A stretch of 64,000 bases of DNA from positions 816 through 64,815 of the forward strand of contig JBBQUQ010000003.1 of the NCBI GenBank assembly GCA_038212325.1, written 5' to 3'. This document shows positions 39,766-49,160 of this stretch, in pieces. The notes beneath the pieces are model-generated. The model did no database searches and had not been told where the DNA came from. It saw only the letters and a program-made list of their open reading frames with translations. This DNA is from Bacteroidales bacterium. Lineage in GTDB: Bacteria; Bacteroidota; Bacteroidia; Bacteroidales; FEN-979. The translations under genes were made by a program, and so were the position numbers. Numbering within the stretch: position 1 is the stretch's first letter; the number at the start of each line of letters is the position of its first letter.

Positions 39766-42700
39766 CTAGGCTTTCCTGAGTTTTTTGGCCATGCGGTTCG
39801 ACCTTCTCCGCCTGATCCCGGCTATCATTTGCGCATCGATCATCACCATTGCCGGTACGAAGACCAGTGTGAGGAATGTGGCAAAACTCAGTCCGAAGAT
39901 GATCGTCCATGAAAGGGGTCCCCAAAAAGCTACATTATCGCCTCCGAAATAGAGGTGTGGGTTAAGTTCTGTAAACAGGGTCACGAAGTTGATGTTCATT
40001 CCGACTGCAAGCGGCACCAGGCCAAGCATGGTGGCAGTGGCCGTAAGCACCACCGGGGTAATCCTTGTTTTTCCTGCCTGGATGATGGAGTCCCTGGTTT
40101 TCATGCCCCTGGATTTCAGCTCATCCCCGAATTCGACGATGAGGATCCCGTTCCGAACCACGATCCCGCCCAGGGCGACGATTCCCAACCCGGTCATGAT
40201 GATACTGATCGACATTCCGAAGATGGCGATGCCAAGAAGCACACCGATCACACTGAAAATGACTTCGCTGAGGATGATAAACGATTTGCTGAGCGACCCG
40301 AACTGGGTGATCAGGATGAAAAAGATCAGGCCAATGGCGATCATCATCGCCTTTATAAGGAAAACCATGGTCTCCTTCTGATCTTCCTGTTCTCCGGTCA
40401 GGCTGATTTCCACATCATCAGGCAAGTTAAAGCCGGGCAAGGATTTGTTGATTGATGCCACAACCTCATTTGCTGTATATCCCGAAAGAACTTCCGACGA
40501 CAGGGTGATCACTCGCTTGAGATTTTTTCGCTTAATTCCGCCATAAGTATCCTTGTAATGAACAGAGGCTACTGAAGAGATCGGAATCTGGCGCAGCAGC
40601 CCCGTATTCATATCCCGGTAGGTGATTTTAGCATTGATGATCTGGTTGACATTCGTTCGCTCCTTTTCCGAATACCGGAGCTGGATGGGATATTCGTCTT
40701 CATCCTCCTTGTATTTTGAAATTTCTTTCCCATAGATGGCTGTGCGCAGCTCAAGCCCGATCTGGCCAAGCGAAAGTCCTTCGCGGTTGGCACGCACCCG
40801 GTCGATGCTGATGATGATCTCTGGTTTGTTGTTGTCGAAATCTGATTTAAGTTGCTCAATGCCACCTATTTTTAACGAGTCGAGGTATGCTTTGAAACTG
40901 CCCGAAGTCGCAATCAGGGCATCGAGGTTTTCGCCGGTTACTTCAATGTTTATGGGTTTGCCGGTAGGGGGGCCCATCTTGTTTTTTTCGACACTGATGG
41001 TTGCCCCCGGAATATTTTTCAGGTTATCCCTGATCTTATCCATGATATCCTGCGTTGAAACGCCTTTCCTGAATTTGCTTTCAATAAAGTTGATCGTAAG
41101 CTTCCCTTTATTTGAGGATACCGACCGGTCGAACACGTTATCTCCCGCCCCGAAACCGACGTTGCTGATGATAGACTCCACCACCGGATTTTTTTCACCA
41201 AGCACATGGCTGACCTTTTTTTCAACGAGCCTGGTCACCGAATCGGTGACGCGCTGGTCGGTTCCTTCCGGCATTTTGATGAAAACATTTACAAAGGTGG
41301 GATTGTTGTTGGGAAAGAACAACACTTTCGGCTTGGCAACTCCGATGATGTAAAAGCTGAAAAAGAGCAGCGAGACCACGCCAACCAAAATATACCAGGG
41401 GTTTTTGCCCCTCAGGGCTAAAATCAGCGTACGTTCATATTGCTGCAGTATCCATGGCCATGCAGCCGTTTGAAAGCGGAGAATGGCCTTTTTCAGCAAC
41501 AGCCTGTAAAGGGCATTCAGCAGAAGCATGAAGATGAAAATATTCCCGAGGGCAAATCCTCCTGCCAGGTATGCGATCAACGCAAGCACGAGCAAAATCC
41601 CACTGGTGATGAGCAGCCTTTTCCGGTTGGTGCGGTGTTCGACGTCATCATATTCATGTTTCATGAAGGTAACCGCAAATACAGGGTTGATGATGTAGGC
41701 TACAAACAACGATGCAAAAAGTGTAAGGATCAGCGTAACAGGCATGTAATGCATGAATTTTCCGACAATTCCGGGCCAGAAAGCCAGGGGAAAAAAGGGT
41801 GCAAGCGTGGTGAGCGTTCCTGAAAGGATGGGCAGAAAGACCTCACCGGCGGCGTTTTTCGCCGCCTTCACAATATCGGGTTGGCTCCTGTGCAGCCTGT
41901 GCGTGTTTTCGATGACTACAATGGCATCATCCACGATGATCCCCAGGGCAAAGATGAATCCGAACATCACGATCATGTTCATCGTGAAACCCAGGCCGGG
42001 CATGATCAGGTATGCCACGAACATTGAGAGCGGAACCGACAATGCGACAAAAAAGGCATTGTTGAAACCCATGAAGAACATTAACACAATGATCACCATG
42101 ATAAACCCGATGATGATGGTGTTGTTGAGTTCCTCGAGGGTGCTTTTTGTAAACCGCGACTGGTCGCCTGTGATGTTCACATTCAGATCGGGCGGATAGG
42201 ACGACTTTTTCATGGCATTCATGATCTCCATGATTTTATCGGAAGCATTGATCAGGTTTTCACCGCTCTTCTTGATCACATTCAAGGTGATTACATTTTT
42301 TCCGTCGAGGCGGGCAAAACTCTCCTGGTCCTTGAAAGAATCCCTCACATCAGCTACATCCTGGATATAAATGATCGCTCCGCTGGCCGATTTAAGCATG
42401 ATGTTTTTGATCTGTTCCGGCGATTTGAATTGTCCCGCCAGCCGAATCGTATATTTTGTTCCGAAAGAGGTGATCGTTCCTGCAGAGACCGTTACATTTT
42501 CTGCTGCAACGGCCGATTCAATATCGCGGAAGGATACGCTGGCCGCCTGCATTTTATACATGTTCACATCAATCTGGATCTCACGTTCAAGGGCTCCGAC
42601 GATGTCGACACGGGTTATTTCCTTCAACGTTTCAATTTTATCCTGGGCAGCTTCAGCATACTTTTTCAACCGCTGCAGGTCATAATCACCGGCCAGGTTG

Positions 42701-43155
42701 ATATTCATGATCGGGATTTCGGCAATATCGAATTCTTTGATGTCGGGATCCTTCGGCAGGTTGTTCGGCAGGTTGGTCTTGGCTTTGTCGACGGCATCGC
42801 GCACCCGCTGCTTGGCTTCGGAGACCTCGATACCGGGGTTAAATTCGACAACAATGGTGGAAAAATCCTGGATCGAATTGCTGGTAATTTTTTTTACGTC
42901 GGCCAGCGACTTGCATTGCTTTTCGATGGGGCGGGTCACCAGGTTTTCCATGTCTTCGGGGGAGGTTCCCGGGTAAACTGTATTCACAAGGATGGTCGGT
43001 ATGATAATTTCAGGAAATTGTTCTTTTGGTATGCTGAAATAGGACATTATCCCAAGCGTTGTGATGATAATGGTGAGCACATAGATACTCACTTTGTTGT
43101 CAATTGACCAGCTTGTTGCAAAAAACTCTTTGAGCTTGTGTTGTTTTTCTTTCAT
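39766..43155 (-). CDS. RND efflux transporter permease subunit (AcrB/HAE1-like)
   Basis: 1129 aa. It has a 12-TM pattern with two large periplasmic loops and the conserved segments VDDAIVVIEN and GIVVRNGILIVEF. Confidence 0.9.
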   Translation of the reverse strand: MKEKQHKLKEFFATSWSIDNKVSIYVLTIIITTLGIMSYFSIPKEQFPEIIIPTILVNTVYPGTSPEDMENLVTRPIEKQCKSLADVKKITSNSIQDFSTIVVEFNPGIEVSEAKQRVRDAVDKAKTNLPNNLPKDPDIKEFDIAEIPIMNINLAGDYDLQRLKKYAEAAQDKIETLKEITRVDIVGALEREIQIDVNMYKMQAASVSFRDIESAVAAENVTVSAGTITSFGTKYTIRLAGQFKSPEQIKNIMLKSASGAIIYIQDVADVRDSFKDQESFARLDGKNVITLNVIKKSGENLINASDKIMEIMNAMKKSSYPPDLNVNITGDQSRFTKSTLEELNNTIIIGFIMVIIVLMFFMGFNNAFFVALSVPLSMFVAYLIMPGLGFTMNMIVMFGFIFALGIIVDDAIVVIENTHRLHRSQPDIVKAAKNAAGEVFLPILSGTLTTLAPFFPLAFWPGIVGKFMHYMPVTLILTLFASLFVAYIINPVFAVTFMKHEYDDVEHRTNRKRLLITSGILLVLALIAYLAGGFALGNIFIFMLLLNALYRLLLKKAILRFQTAAWPWILQQYERTLILALRGKNPWYILVGVVSLLFFSFYIIGVAKPKVLFFPNNNPTFVNVFIKMPEGTDQRVTDSVTRLVEKKVSHVLGEKNPVVESIISNVGFGAGDNVFDRSVSSNKGKLTINFIESKFRKGVSTQDIMDKIRDNLKNIPGATISVEKNKMGPPTGKPINIEVTGENLDALIATSGSFKAYLDSLKIGGIEQLKSDFDNNKPEIIISIDRVRANREGLSLGQIGLELRTAIYGKEISKYKEDEDEYPIQLRYSEKERTNVNQIINAKITYRDMNTGLLRQIPISSVASVHYKDTYGGIKRKNLKRVITLSSEVLSGYTANEVVASINKSLPGFNLPDDVEISLTGEQEDQKETMVFLIKAMMIAIGLIFFILITQFGSLSKSFIILSEVIFSVIGVLLGIAIFGMSISIIMTGLGIVALGGIVVRNGILIVEFGDELKSRGMKTRDSIIQAGKTRITPVVLTATATMLGLVPLAVGMNINFVTLFTELNPHLYFGGDNVAFWGPLSWTIIFGLSFATFLTLVFVPAMVMIDAQMIAGIRRRRSNRMAKKLRKA

Positions 43156-43166
43156 TTCCGGTGCGG

Positions 43167-44285
43167 TTAATAGTCGATGGGCTGGCCGTTGTAAAGATCC
43201 TTGTATCCGGCAGTGATGATTTTATCGCCTTCATTCAGTCCATTTGCAACCTCGGTGAGGCCATTATATGAAATGTACGGGGTGATGGTACGTTTGCGGG
43301 CAATTTTTTTTCCGTTTTCCTCGGCGGCCACAAACACAAACTGTCCTTCGTCGCGTGAATTCTGAATATAATTCTGCGGGATCGCTATGGCTGCCGGATT
43401 CGAATAATCTTTAATCCGCAACACGGCAATCATGTTGGCGCGAAAATGGATATCGGATGCAGGAAGCTCCGCTTCAACAAGGAATGTACGGTTGGTGGGG
43501 TTGATATATTTACTGGCGAATGTAATGGTTTGTGTGAGTTCCTGGTTGAGATCGGGTAAGAAGACTTTTACCTGGTCGCCTGTTTTGACCTTTGCTGAAT
43601 ATGCTTCGCCAACATCAGCCATGGCTTTTGCTTTCGAAAAATTGACGATCCTGAACGCCGGAATCGGGGAGGCGGGGGAAGCCATTTGACCAACTTTGAG
43701 CGGAATGTCTTCAACCGTGCCATTGATCGGAGCCGTAATGACCGACAATTTAATCTGTTCGTCGAGCGTGGCAATGCTGTTCTGAACTGATTCCATATCA
43801 TTTTTTGCCTTCAGGTATTGCACTTCCGAACCGATTTGCTGATCCCACAGCGTTTTCTGGCGGCTATAAATATCGGTGATAAAGGCAAGCTTGTTTTTCA
43901 GGTCGGTCAATTGCTGTTTCAACACGTCGGCGTCAAGTTCTGCCAGTACCTGGCCCCTTTTAACGGCATCCCCTTCATGGACCAAAATTCTGGTCACAGT
44001 GCCGCCCTGACCCTTCGGACTTACCGCTATGTTCTCATTGCCGTCAATTCTGCCCTGAACTTCGATGTAATGTTCGAAGGGCTTTTTAGTGACAAGGTCG
44101 ACCGCGACAAAGGTTGAGGAAACTTCAGGGGCAGGATTGAGCTCCTTTTCCAGTTTCATGATCTCTGTGGTGAGTTTGTCATGCTCTTTTTTCAGCTGCT
44201 CCAGCCGGGATCTTTTATCGCCGTCTTTGCCTCCGCAACCTGCAAGAATTAAAAAAATACCAGTAACAAAAAAAAAATTTTTCAT
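43167..44285 (-). CDS. RND efflux periplasmic adaptor (membrane fusion protein, HlyD family)
   Basis: Start set at ATG 44285 (MKNFFFVTGIFLILAGC lipobox). It has coiled-coil, lipoyl and beta-barrel segments. It sits 11 nt upstream of the RND gene. Confidence 0.85.
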   Translation of the reverse strand: MKNFFFVTGIFLILAGCGGKDGDKRSRLEQLKKEHDKLTTEIMKLEKELNPAPEVSSTFVAVDLVTKKPFEHYIEVQGRIDGNENIAVSPKGQGGTVTRILVHEGDAVKRGQVLAELDADVLKQQLTDLKNKLAFITDIYSRQKTLWDQQIGSEVQYLKAKNDMESVQNSIATLDEQIKLSVITAPINGTVEDIPLKVGQMASPASPIPAFRIVNFSKAKAMADVGEAYSAKVKTGDQVKVFLPDLNQELTQTITFASKYINPTNRTFLVEAELPASDIHFRANMIAVLRIKDYSNPAAIAIPQNYIQNSRDEGQFVFVAAEENGKKIARKRTITPYISYNGLTEVANGLNEGDKIITAGYKDLYNGQPIDY

Positions 44286-44338
44286 AAGTGAAATCGTATT
44301 GATTAGGATTGCATCATCGCTGCATGAATTCCAGGAGG

Positions 44339-44346
44339 CAAATATA
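44339..44346 (-). promoter_or_regulatory. putative -7 box for the MFP-RND pair
   Basis: TATATTTG on the minus strand, 53 nt upstream of ATG 44285. The longer track ORF start (44357) lies upstream of it. Confidence 0.45.
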
Positions 44347-44406
44347 TGAATTTTCAAAATGCAAAAAACTTTTCAGTCGAAAATCGTTTCCTTGTCTCTT
44401 TTTGCC

Positions 44407-44414
44407 TATTTTTG
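44407..44414 (+). promoter_or_regulatory. putative -7 box for TetR-2, near-leaderless geometry
   Basis: TATTTTTG, 4 nt upstream of ATG 44419. Confidence 0.4.
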
Positions 44415-44418
44415 CAGG

Positions 44419-45042
44419 ATGAATCCAAAGGCGCTGTATATTCTTGAACACGTTGGCAAGCTTTACCGCCGTTATGGTATCAAGAGCATGACCATGGACG
44501 ACGTTGCCAAACAGCTTGGCATCTCCAAAAAAACCATTTATGAGTTCTTCAGTGACAAGGAAGACCTGGTGAAGCAGGTGCTGCTTTTTGAACATGAGCA
44601 TGACTGCGGATTTTTGAAAACCATCGAGGGCAAGGAGTTAAATGCCATTGAGGAGCTGTTCGAAGTTTACAAGTTTATTAACTCTATGTTTCGGGAATTC
44701 AACCCATCCATGGAATACGATATCAGGAAATATTATCCCGGCCTGTTTCAGAAAATCAAGGAAATCAGGCGCAAACGGATGTTTGAATCGGTATACCATA
44801 ACCTGAACAAGGGGAAGAAGGAAGGGTTGTACCGCAAAGAGCTCAATGCGCAAATTGTGGCGAAGCTTCATGTTTCCAGAACCGAAAGCCTCTTCGACAA
44901 CGACATGTTCACCCAGGACGAGCTTACATCCCTCGTTGTTTTCCATGAAATTTTTGTGTATCACCTTTGCGGAATCCTGAGCCATGAAGGCCGACTCTTC
45001 TTTGAAACAAGCTTCGACAATTTCAAGGAGACGTTACAGTAA
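44419..45042 (+). CDS. TetR/AcrR family transcriptional regulator (paralog 2)
   Basis: HTH is YGIKSMTMDDVAKQLGISKKTIYEFF. It is collinear with TetR-1 and divergent from the MFP-RND pair. Confidence 0.8.
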   Translation: MNPKALYILEHVGKLYRRYGIKSMTMDDVAKQLGISKKTIYEFFSDKEDLVKQVLLFEHEHDCGFLKTIEGKELNAIEELFEVYKFINSMFREFNPSMEYDIRKYYPGLFQKIKEIRRKRMFESVYHNLNKGKKEGLYRKELNAQIVAKLHVSRTESLFDNDMFTQDELTSLVVFHEIFVYHLCGILSHEGRLFFETSFDNFKETLQ

Positions 45043-45109
45043 TTCGTATTTTTACATTCCACAGGCAACTTAATTTCCTGGTTTACGTCTGATTAATAGT
45101 TGAAACTGG

Positions 45110-45682
45110 ATGCTCATTGACGATTCCATAATCGAGGGTTGCGTTGCCGGAAAGCGCAGTGCCCAGAGCGCCCTTTACCGTAAATATGCTGCGGTAATGC
45201 TGGCGATATGCCTTCGGTATGCCCAAAATCATGATGAAGCTGAAGACATAATGCAGGAAGCGTTCATGAAAATATTCCAGAACATCAGTTCATACCGCAA
45301 TGAAGGTTCTTTTGAAGGATGGATGAAACGGATCATGATCAACCATGCGCTGAATTTTTACCGCAAAAGCAGGAAGCTGCCATTCCTTGAGGATATCGGC
45401 AGCATCAACGAAAGTGAGATTCTTGACAAGGAAGACCAGCCTGCGTTGCATGCCCTGGTATCAGCTGAAAAACTTACTGCGCTTATCCAGATGCTTCCGC
45501 CAGGTTACCGGATGGTCTTTAACATGTATGTGTTTGAAGAATACAGCCACCGGGAAATCTCACGTGAACTCAGCATCTCGGAAAATACGTCAAAAACACA
45601 GTTGTTAAAAGCACGAAGAATGTTGCGCAAGAAATTAATTGAATTTAATCTTATGAATAATACCATTTCAGTCAATGAGTGA
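45110..45682 (+). CDS. ECF-type RNA polymerase sigma-70 factor
   Basis: 190 aa. Region 2 is LY.KYA..M..ICLRYA.N.DEAEDIMQEAFMKIF and region 4 is GYRMVFNMYVFEEYSHREISRELSISENTSKTQLLKARR. Confidence 0.85.
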   Translation: MLIDDSIIEGCVAGKRSAQSALYRKYAAVMLAICLRYAQNHDEAEDIMQEAFMKIFQNISSYRNEGSFEGWMKRIMINHALNFYRKSRKLPFLEDIGSINESEILDKEDQPALHALVSAEKLTALIQMLPPGYRMVFNMYVFEEYSHREISRELSISENTSKTQLLKARRMLRKKLIEFNLMNNTISVNE

Positions 45683-47054
45683 AAAAACAGATTATCAGGC
45701 CTTTGAGAAGGGTGGGGGAGACCAGCTTTGGCGGCAGGCCATGGCAGGTCATCGCGTTGAACCCAAACCCGCCCTTTGGAAAGGCATCAGCCGGAAGTTG
45801 TTTTGGCGGGAGCTCATTCACTTCAACTTCACCAATCTTTCCGCCAGGCATTGGGTAACCGGAACTGTCGCCATGCTGCTGGTTGCCACCACCGCTTATT
45901 TCGTTTATGATTATACTGTGCCTGAAGAAAATGTTTCCCAACACATCACCCTGAACCAGGGTGGTTTGCCGGTTGGAAATCCTGATGCAAAATCGATTGC
46001 AGGCTCACTGGCCGGTTTCGACAGTAAACTCGCAGCAACCCCAACTGAAGGATCATCAGCCAGGTGCAGCAACAAAGCCACTTTACCCTCAGGTAAGTTG
46101 TATCGTCATGGGCAGTTTGCGGCAGCCGGAGAAACTGCAGCCGGAGAAGCGGCGAAACCAAGTACTGTGCCGGCTCAGGAGCCGACCTCTTCAGGGACTG
46201 GCCGACTGGCTGCCAATACGAAAATTTCCCGTGTCACGCCTTTCGAGGCAACCTTGCCGGGATTGTCGGCAGGAACCGACACCATCATTACCATCAGCAA
46301 TGCCGAAGGAATAAACAGAATCATGAAAACAGGATCTGAAACCAAACGGTTTTTCTCGGCCAGTCTTGGAATTACCCCTGAAATTTCCTTCTATACAACG
46401 CCTGATGCCTACTCAAAAGTTAATTTCTGGTTTGATGGTGTTTTGACCTGCCATGTTTCCCGTTTCTCTCTTGCTGCCGGCATCGGACTGGGTTATGTTT
46501 ATGATGAAGGAAACTACAGCGTCGAATACAAAAGCCTCGACAGTGTCGGTTATTATACTGCGGTCACCTCATATTCTGTCGGCAACAACAATGAAATTAT
46601 TTTCAATACGCAAACCATCGGGGTATATGACAGCCTTTATCATTCGAGTGATTACCGCACCAAGGACCGCTATACCTATCTTCAGGTGCCCCTGCTTCTC
46701 GGGTACCGGTTGTTTGAATCGGCAAGGGCAAGCCTGACTTTTCAGGCAGGCCCGGCAGTTTCCTTTCTGCTCGATTCACGTAAGTCAGATCCGCGGGTAG
46801 AATACAGCAATGCGACGATCATCCGCACAGATGATGACACCCCTTCGCGAATTTCCACAAACTGGCAGGTCTGGGCTGACCTTTATTTTGAGATGCGGAT
46901 GAATAAACAGGTTAGCATCTATCTCGAGCCATCCTTCAAATATTATCTGAAACCGATGGTTGAGCAGGAAAATGTCACCTTCAAGGCCCCTATGACAATT
47001 GGTCTGGGGGTGGGCATACAGTTCAATTTCGGACAAAAAAAGACAAGTCCATGA
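45675..47054 (+). CDS. anti-sigma-like single-pass membrane protein with C-terminal outer-membrane beta-barrel (PorT/OMP_b-brl_2-like) domain
   Basis: It overlaps the sigma gene by 8 nt. It has a short N-terminal cytoplasmic segment, one TM helix (WVTGTVAMLLVATTAYFVY), an Ala/Ser/Pro linker, and a ~235-aa alternating-strand domain. That domain is homologous to the stand-alone barrel at 59379 (LQVPLLLGY...QAGPAVSFLLDS versus LDIPLLIGF...DAGPAVSFVLNS). Confidence 0.6.
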   Translation: MSEKTDYQAFEKGGGDQLWRQAMAGHRVEPKPALWKGISRKLFWRELIHFNFTNLSARHWVTGTVAMLLVATTAYFVYDYTVPEENVSQHITLNQGGLPVGNPDAKSIAGSLAGFDSKLAATPTEGSSARCSNKATLPSGKLYRHGQFAAAGETAAGEAAKPSTVPAQEPTSSGTGRLAANTKISRVTPFEATLPGLSAGTDTIITISNAEGINRIMKTGSETKRFFSASLGITPEISFYTTPDAYSKVNFWFDGVLTCHVSRFSLAAGIGLGYVYDEGNYSVEYKSLDSVGYYTAVTSYSVGNNNEIIFNTQTIGVYDSLYHSSDYRTKDRYTYLQVPLLLGYRLFESARASLTFQAGPAVSFLLDSRKSDPRVEYSNATIIRTDDDTPSRISTNWQVWADLYFEMRMNKQVSIYLEPSFKYYLKPMVEQENVTFKAPMTIGLGVGIQFNFGQKKTSP

Positions 47055-48823
47055 GAACCTCCTTATTAATTTTGCTGCTTTGCGCCACCGAAATCTATGC
47101 ATCTGCGCAATCTCCTGGTAACGCAAAGGTACCAGCTGCCTGCGATGCAGCTTTTACAGTGATGCCGGATCCGGTGGACCCGATGACCATTCATCTGCAG
47201 GATCAGTCGTCGGGCCAGATCACGCTTTGGCAATGGAGTTTTGGAGACGGGGCAACCACCATCATTCAAAACCCTGTGCACACCTATGCCGCAGGCGGCA
47301 CCTATTTTATATGTCTTACAGTTTCCAATCCTGATCCCTTATATCCCTGCCACGATTATCACTGTGTTGCCATTACCATTCATGAACCGGGAACCTGTGT
47401 TGCCGACTATGACTATGTGGCCGATCCTTTAGTTCCGCTAACAGCTCATTTTAGCGACCGGTCAAGCGGCAACATCAATGGCTGGCATTGGGATTTTGGA
47501 GACGGGAGTTCATCGTACGACCCCAACCCGAGCCACACCTTCCAATCCTATGGGAAATTCAGGATCTGCCTGACCGCCTATAACATCGATTCAGTTTCCA
47601 CATGCAACGACAGCAAATGCGATTCGCTTAAGTTTGAACCTTCAGCAGATTGCCATGCATCGTTTACCGGCAAACTTGACTCCCTGAACCCGGAGCCCAA
47701 CACTTTTTTATTCAAAAACTCCTCCTCAGGCAACCCCACTAAATTTCTTTGGAAATTTGACGATGGAGCCTCCTATGTCACCCCGGATGTTACGCACCAT
47801 TTTCAATCACCCGGCCTTCATGAAGTCTGTCTTTTCATTGAGAAGAAGGTGCAGGGAAACACTGTTTGCATTGATTCCGTCTGCCAGACCGTGAGTGCAG
47901 AAAAGTATTTTAACCTTGGAGGTCACCTGTTCATCGGCGCCATGCCCATAAACAATCCGGTGGCGACAGGGGATACCGGGATTGCCTGCCTTTTCAGGGT
48001 TGATGGGACCAGGCTTGTACCTGTTGATACCCAAAGGTTCACGCATCTTGGCTATTACACATTCCTGCGAAAACTGCATGGGACTTATATTGTACGAGCA
48101 TTCCTGACCCAGGGCTCCCAGCATTGTTCAGAATATTTCCCGGGCTATTTCCAACAGGGCATGTTATGGAAAGAGGCCAACAGCCTCATTCTTTCAGACA
48201 GCAACTCCTATTTGGCAGACATTCGCCTTACACCTGTCAATGATTCCCTGTTCGGCCCCGGTGTTATCAGGGGCTATGTTGCCATGGCAACTCCGGATAG
48301 CGGCCCGTTGATGGTTCCCAACGCCTCAGTCATGTTATTCAATGCGCAATTGCAACCGGTGCGAAGCGCGCTGTCAGGAATCGCCGGCGAATTCGAATTG
48401 AAGAATCTTCCCTATGGGGCTTACCAGCTGTATGTTGAATACCCCGGAAAATATTCAAGGCTGACCGAAGTATGGCTTGATTCATCAAAACCGCTTATCG
48501 ACAGCCTTTTACTTGAGCTTTTCAACCATGACGTGACCTATGTACAGGATAAATCCTCCGTTTCTGTTGTAACCGGCGACCTGTTTCCAAATCCGGCATC
48601 CGATGAAGTAAGTATGACCATTGAACTTGCACGGGCCACCACGCTGAAGTTTGAAATCACCACGCTGACCGGCCTGCCGGTATGGACAGGCTCAATGCAT
48701 TGCGCAAAAGGGTCCTCCAGGGTTACCATTCCATTAAGCGGGATCAGGAAAGGAATGTATTTGTTTGTGATTGATGAAATAAGCGGGACTCACGTTGCCG
48801 TCAAAAAATTGCTTAAATACTAA
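47051..48823 (+). CDS. PKD-repeat protein with T9SS C-terminal sorting domain
   Basis: It overlaps the upstream gene by 4 nt and has a signal peptide. Four PKD-like repeats are present (W.W.FGDG..S...NP.H.Y...G.Y.ICLT), then CarboxypepD_reg-like beta-sandwich segments. The CTD is LFPNPASDEVSMTIEL....LKFEITTLTG....G...............GMYLFVI. Confidence 0.8.
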   Translation: MRTSLLILLLCATEIYASAQSPGNAKVPAACDAAFTVMPDPVDPMTIHLQDQSSGQITLWQWSFGDGATTIIQNPVHTYAAGGTYFICLTVSNPDPLYPCHDYHCVAITIHEPGTCVADYDYVADPLVPLTAHFSDRSSGNINGWHWDFGDGSSSYDPNPSHTFQSYGKFRICLTAYNIDSVSTCNDSKCDSLKFEPSADCHASFTGKLDSLNPEPNTFLFKNSSSGNPTKFLWKFDDGASYVTPDVTHHFQSPGLHEVCLFIEKKVQGNTVCIDSVCQTVSAEKYFNLGGHLFIGAMPINNPVATGDTGIACLFRVDGTRLVPVDTQRFTHLGYYTFLRKLHGTYIVRAFLTQGSQHCSEYFPGYFQQGMLWKEANSLILSDSNSYLADIRLTPVNDSLFGPGVIRGYVAMATPDSGPLMVPNASVMLFNAQLQPVRSALSGIAGEFELKNLPYGAYQLYVEYPGKYSRLTEVWLDSSKPLIDSLLLELFNHDVTYVQDKSSVSVVTGDLFPNPASDEVSMTIELARATTLKFEITTLTGLPVWTGSMHCAKGSSRVTIPLSGIRKGMYLFVIDEISGTHVAVKKLLKY

Positions 48824-48877
48824 GAGGCTGTTTAAGTTTTTTATTCAAGAGTCGAAAAACTGCTAATAATGTTGTCT

Positions 48878-49030
48878 CAAAATGGGGCTAAAGCCCCTGT
48901 TATAACATTCTCTCTTAACCCCGTGCTAAAGCACGGGGCAATTCATCCTGCATTTCACATGATGTATTGCCCCGGCCTTCAGGCCGGGGGTTTATGGCTG
49001 GCTGTCAACCGGGGCTTTAGCCCCATTATG
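48878..49030. repeat. 153-bp multi-hairpin element bounded by 20-bp inverted repeats (MITE-like or structured RNA)
   Basis: The left end caaaatggggctaaagcccc (48878-48897) is the reverse complement of the right end ggggctttagccccattatg (49011-49030) at 19 of 20 positions. There are two internal 8-bp GC-rich hairpins, ccccgtgc-taaa-gcacgggg (48919-48938) and ccccggcc-ttca-ggccgggg (48970-48989). Confidence 0.55.
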
Positions 49031-49160
49031 CAAGGTGGTTTCATAAATTTATTTTCAACCCTTGTTCAATCGTAAATGATGATCATATTTCTATTGAAAA
49101 TTTAAACATGCTTTAAGTGTTGCATTCAACTGTTATTAGCTTGTCAAAACCTGCCAGGAC

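Noticed and set aside
44286-44418. TetR operator palindrome in the divergent MFP / TetR-2 promoter region
   Set aside because: The only palindrome found is the AT-only ATTTTCAAAAT. This is too low in complexity to call, and no matching sequence occurs upstream of TetR-1.
48869-49075. 68-aa ORF over the multi-hairpin element
   Set aside because: Its sequence is the read-out of GC-rich palindromes (GAKAP, PVLKHG, PGLQAGG, GFSP). There is no start context or family resemblance, so I interpret it as a non-coding repeat.
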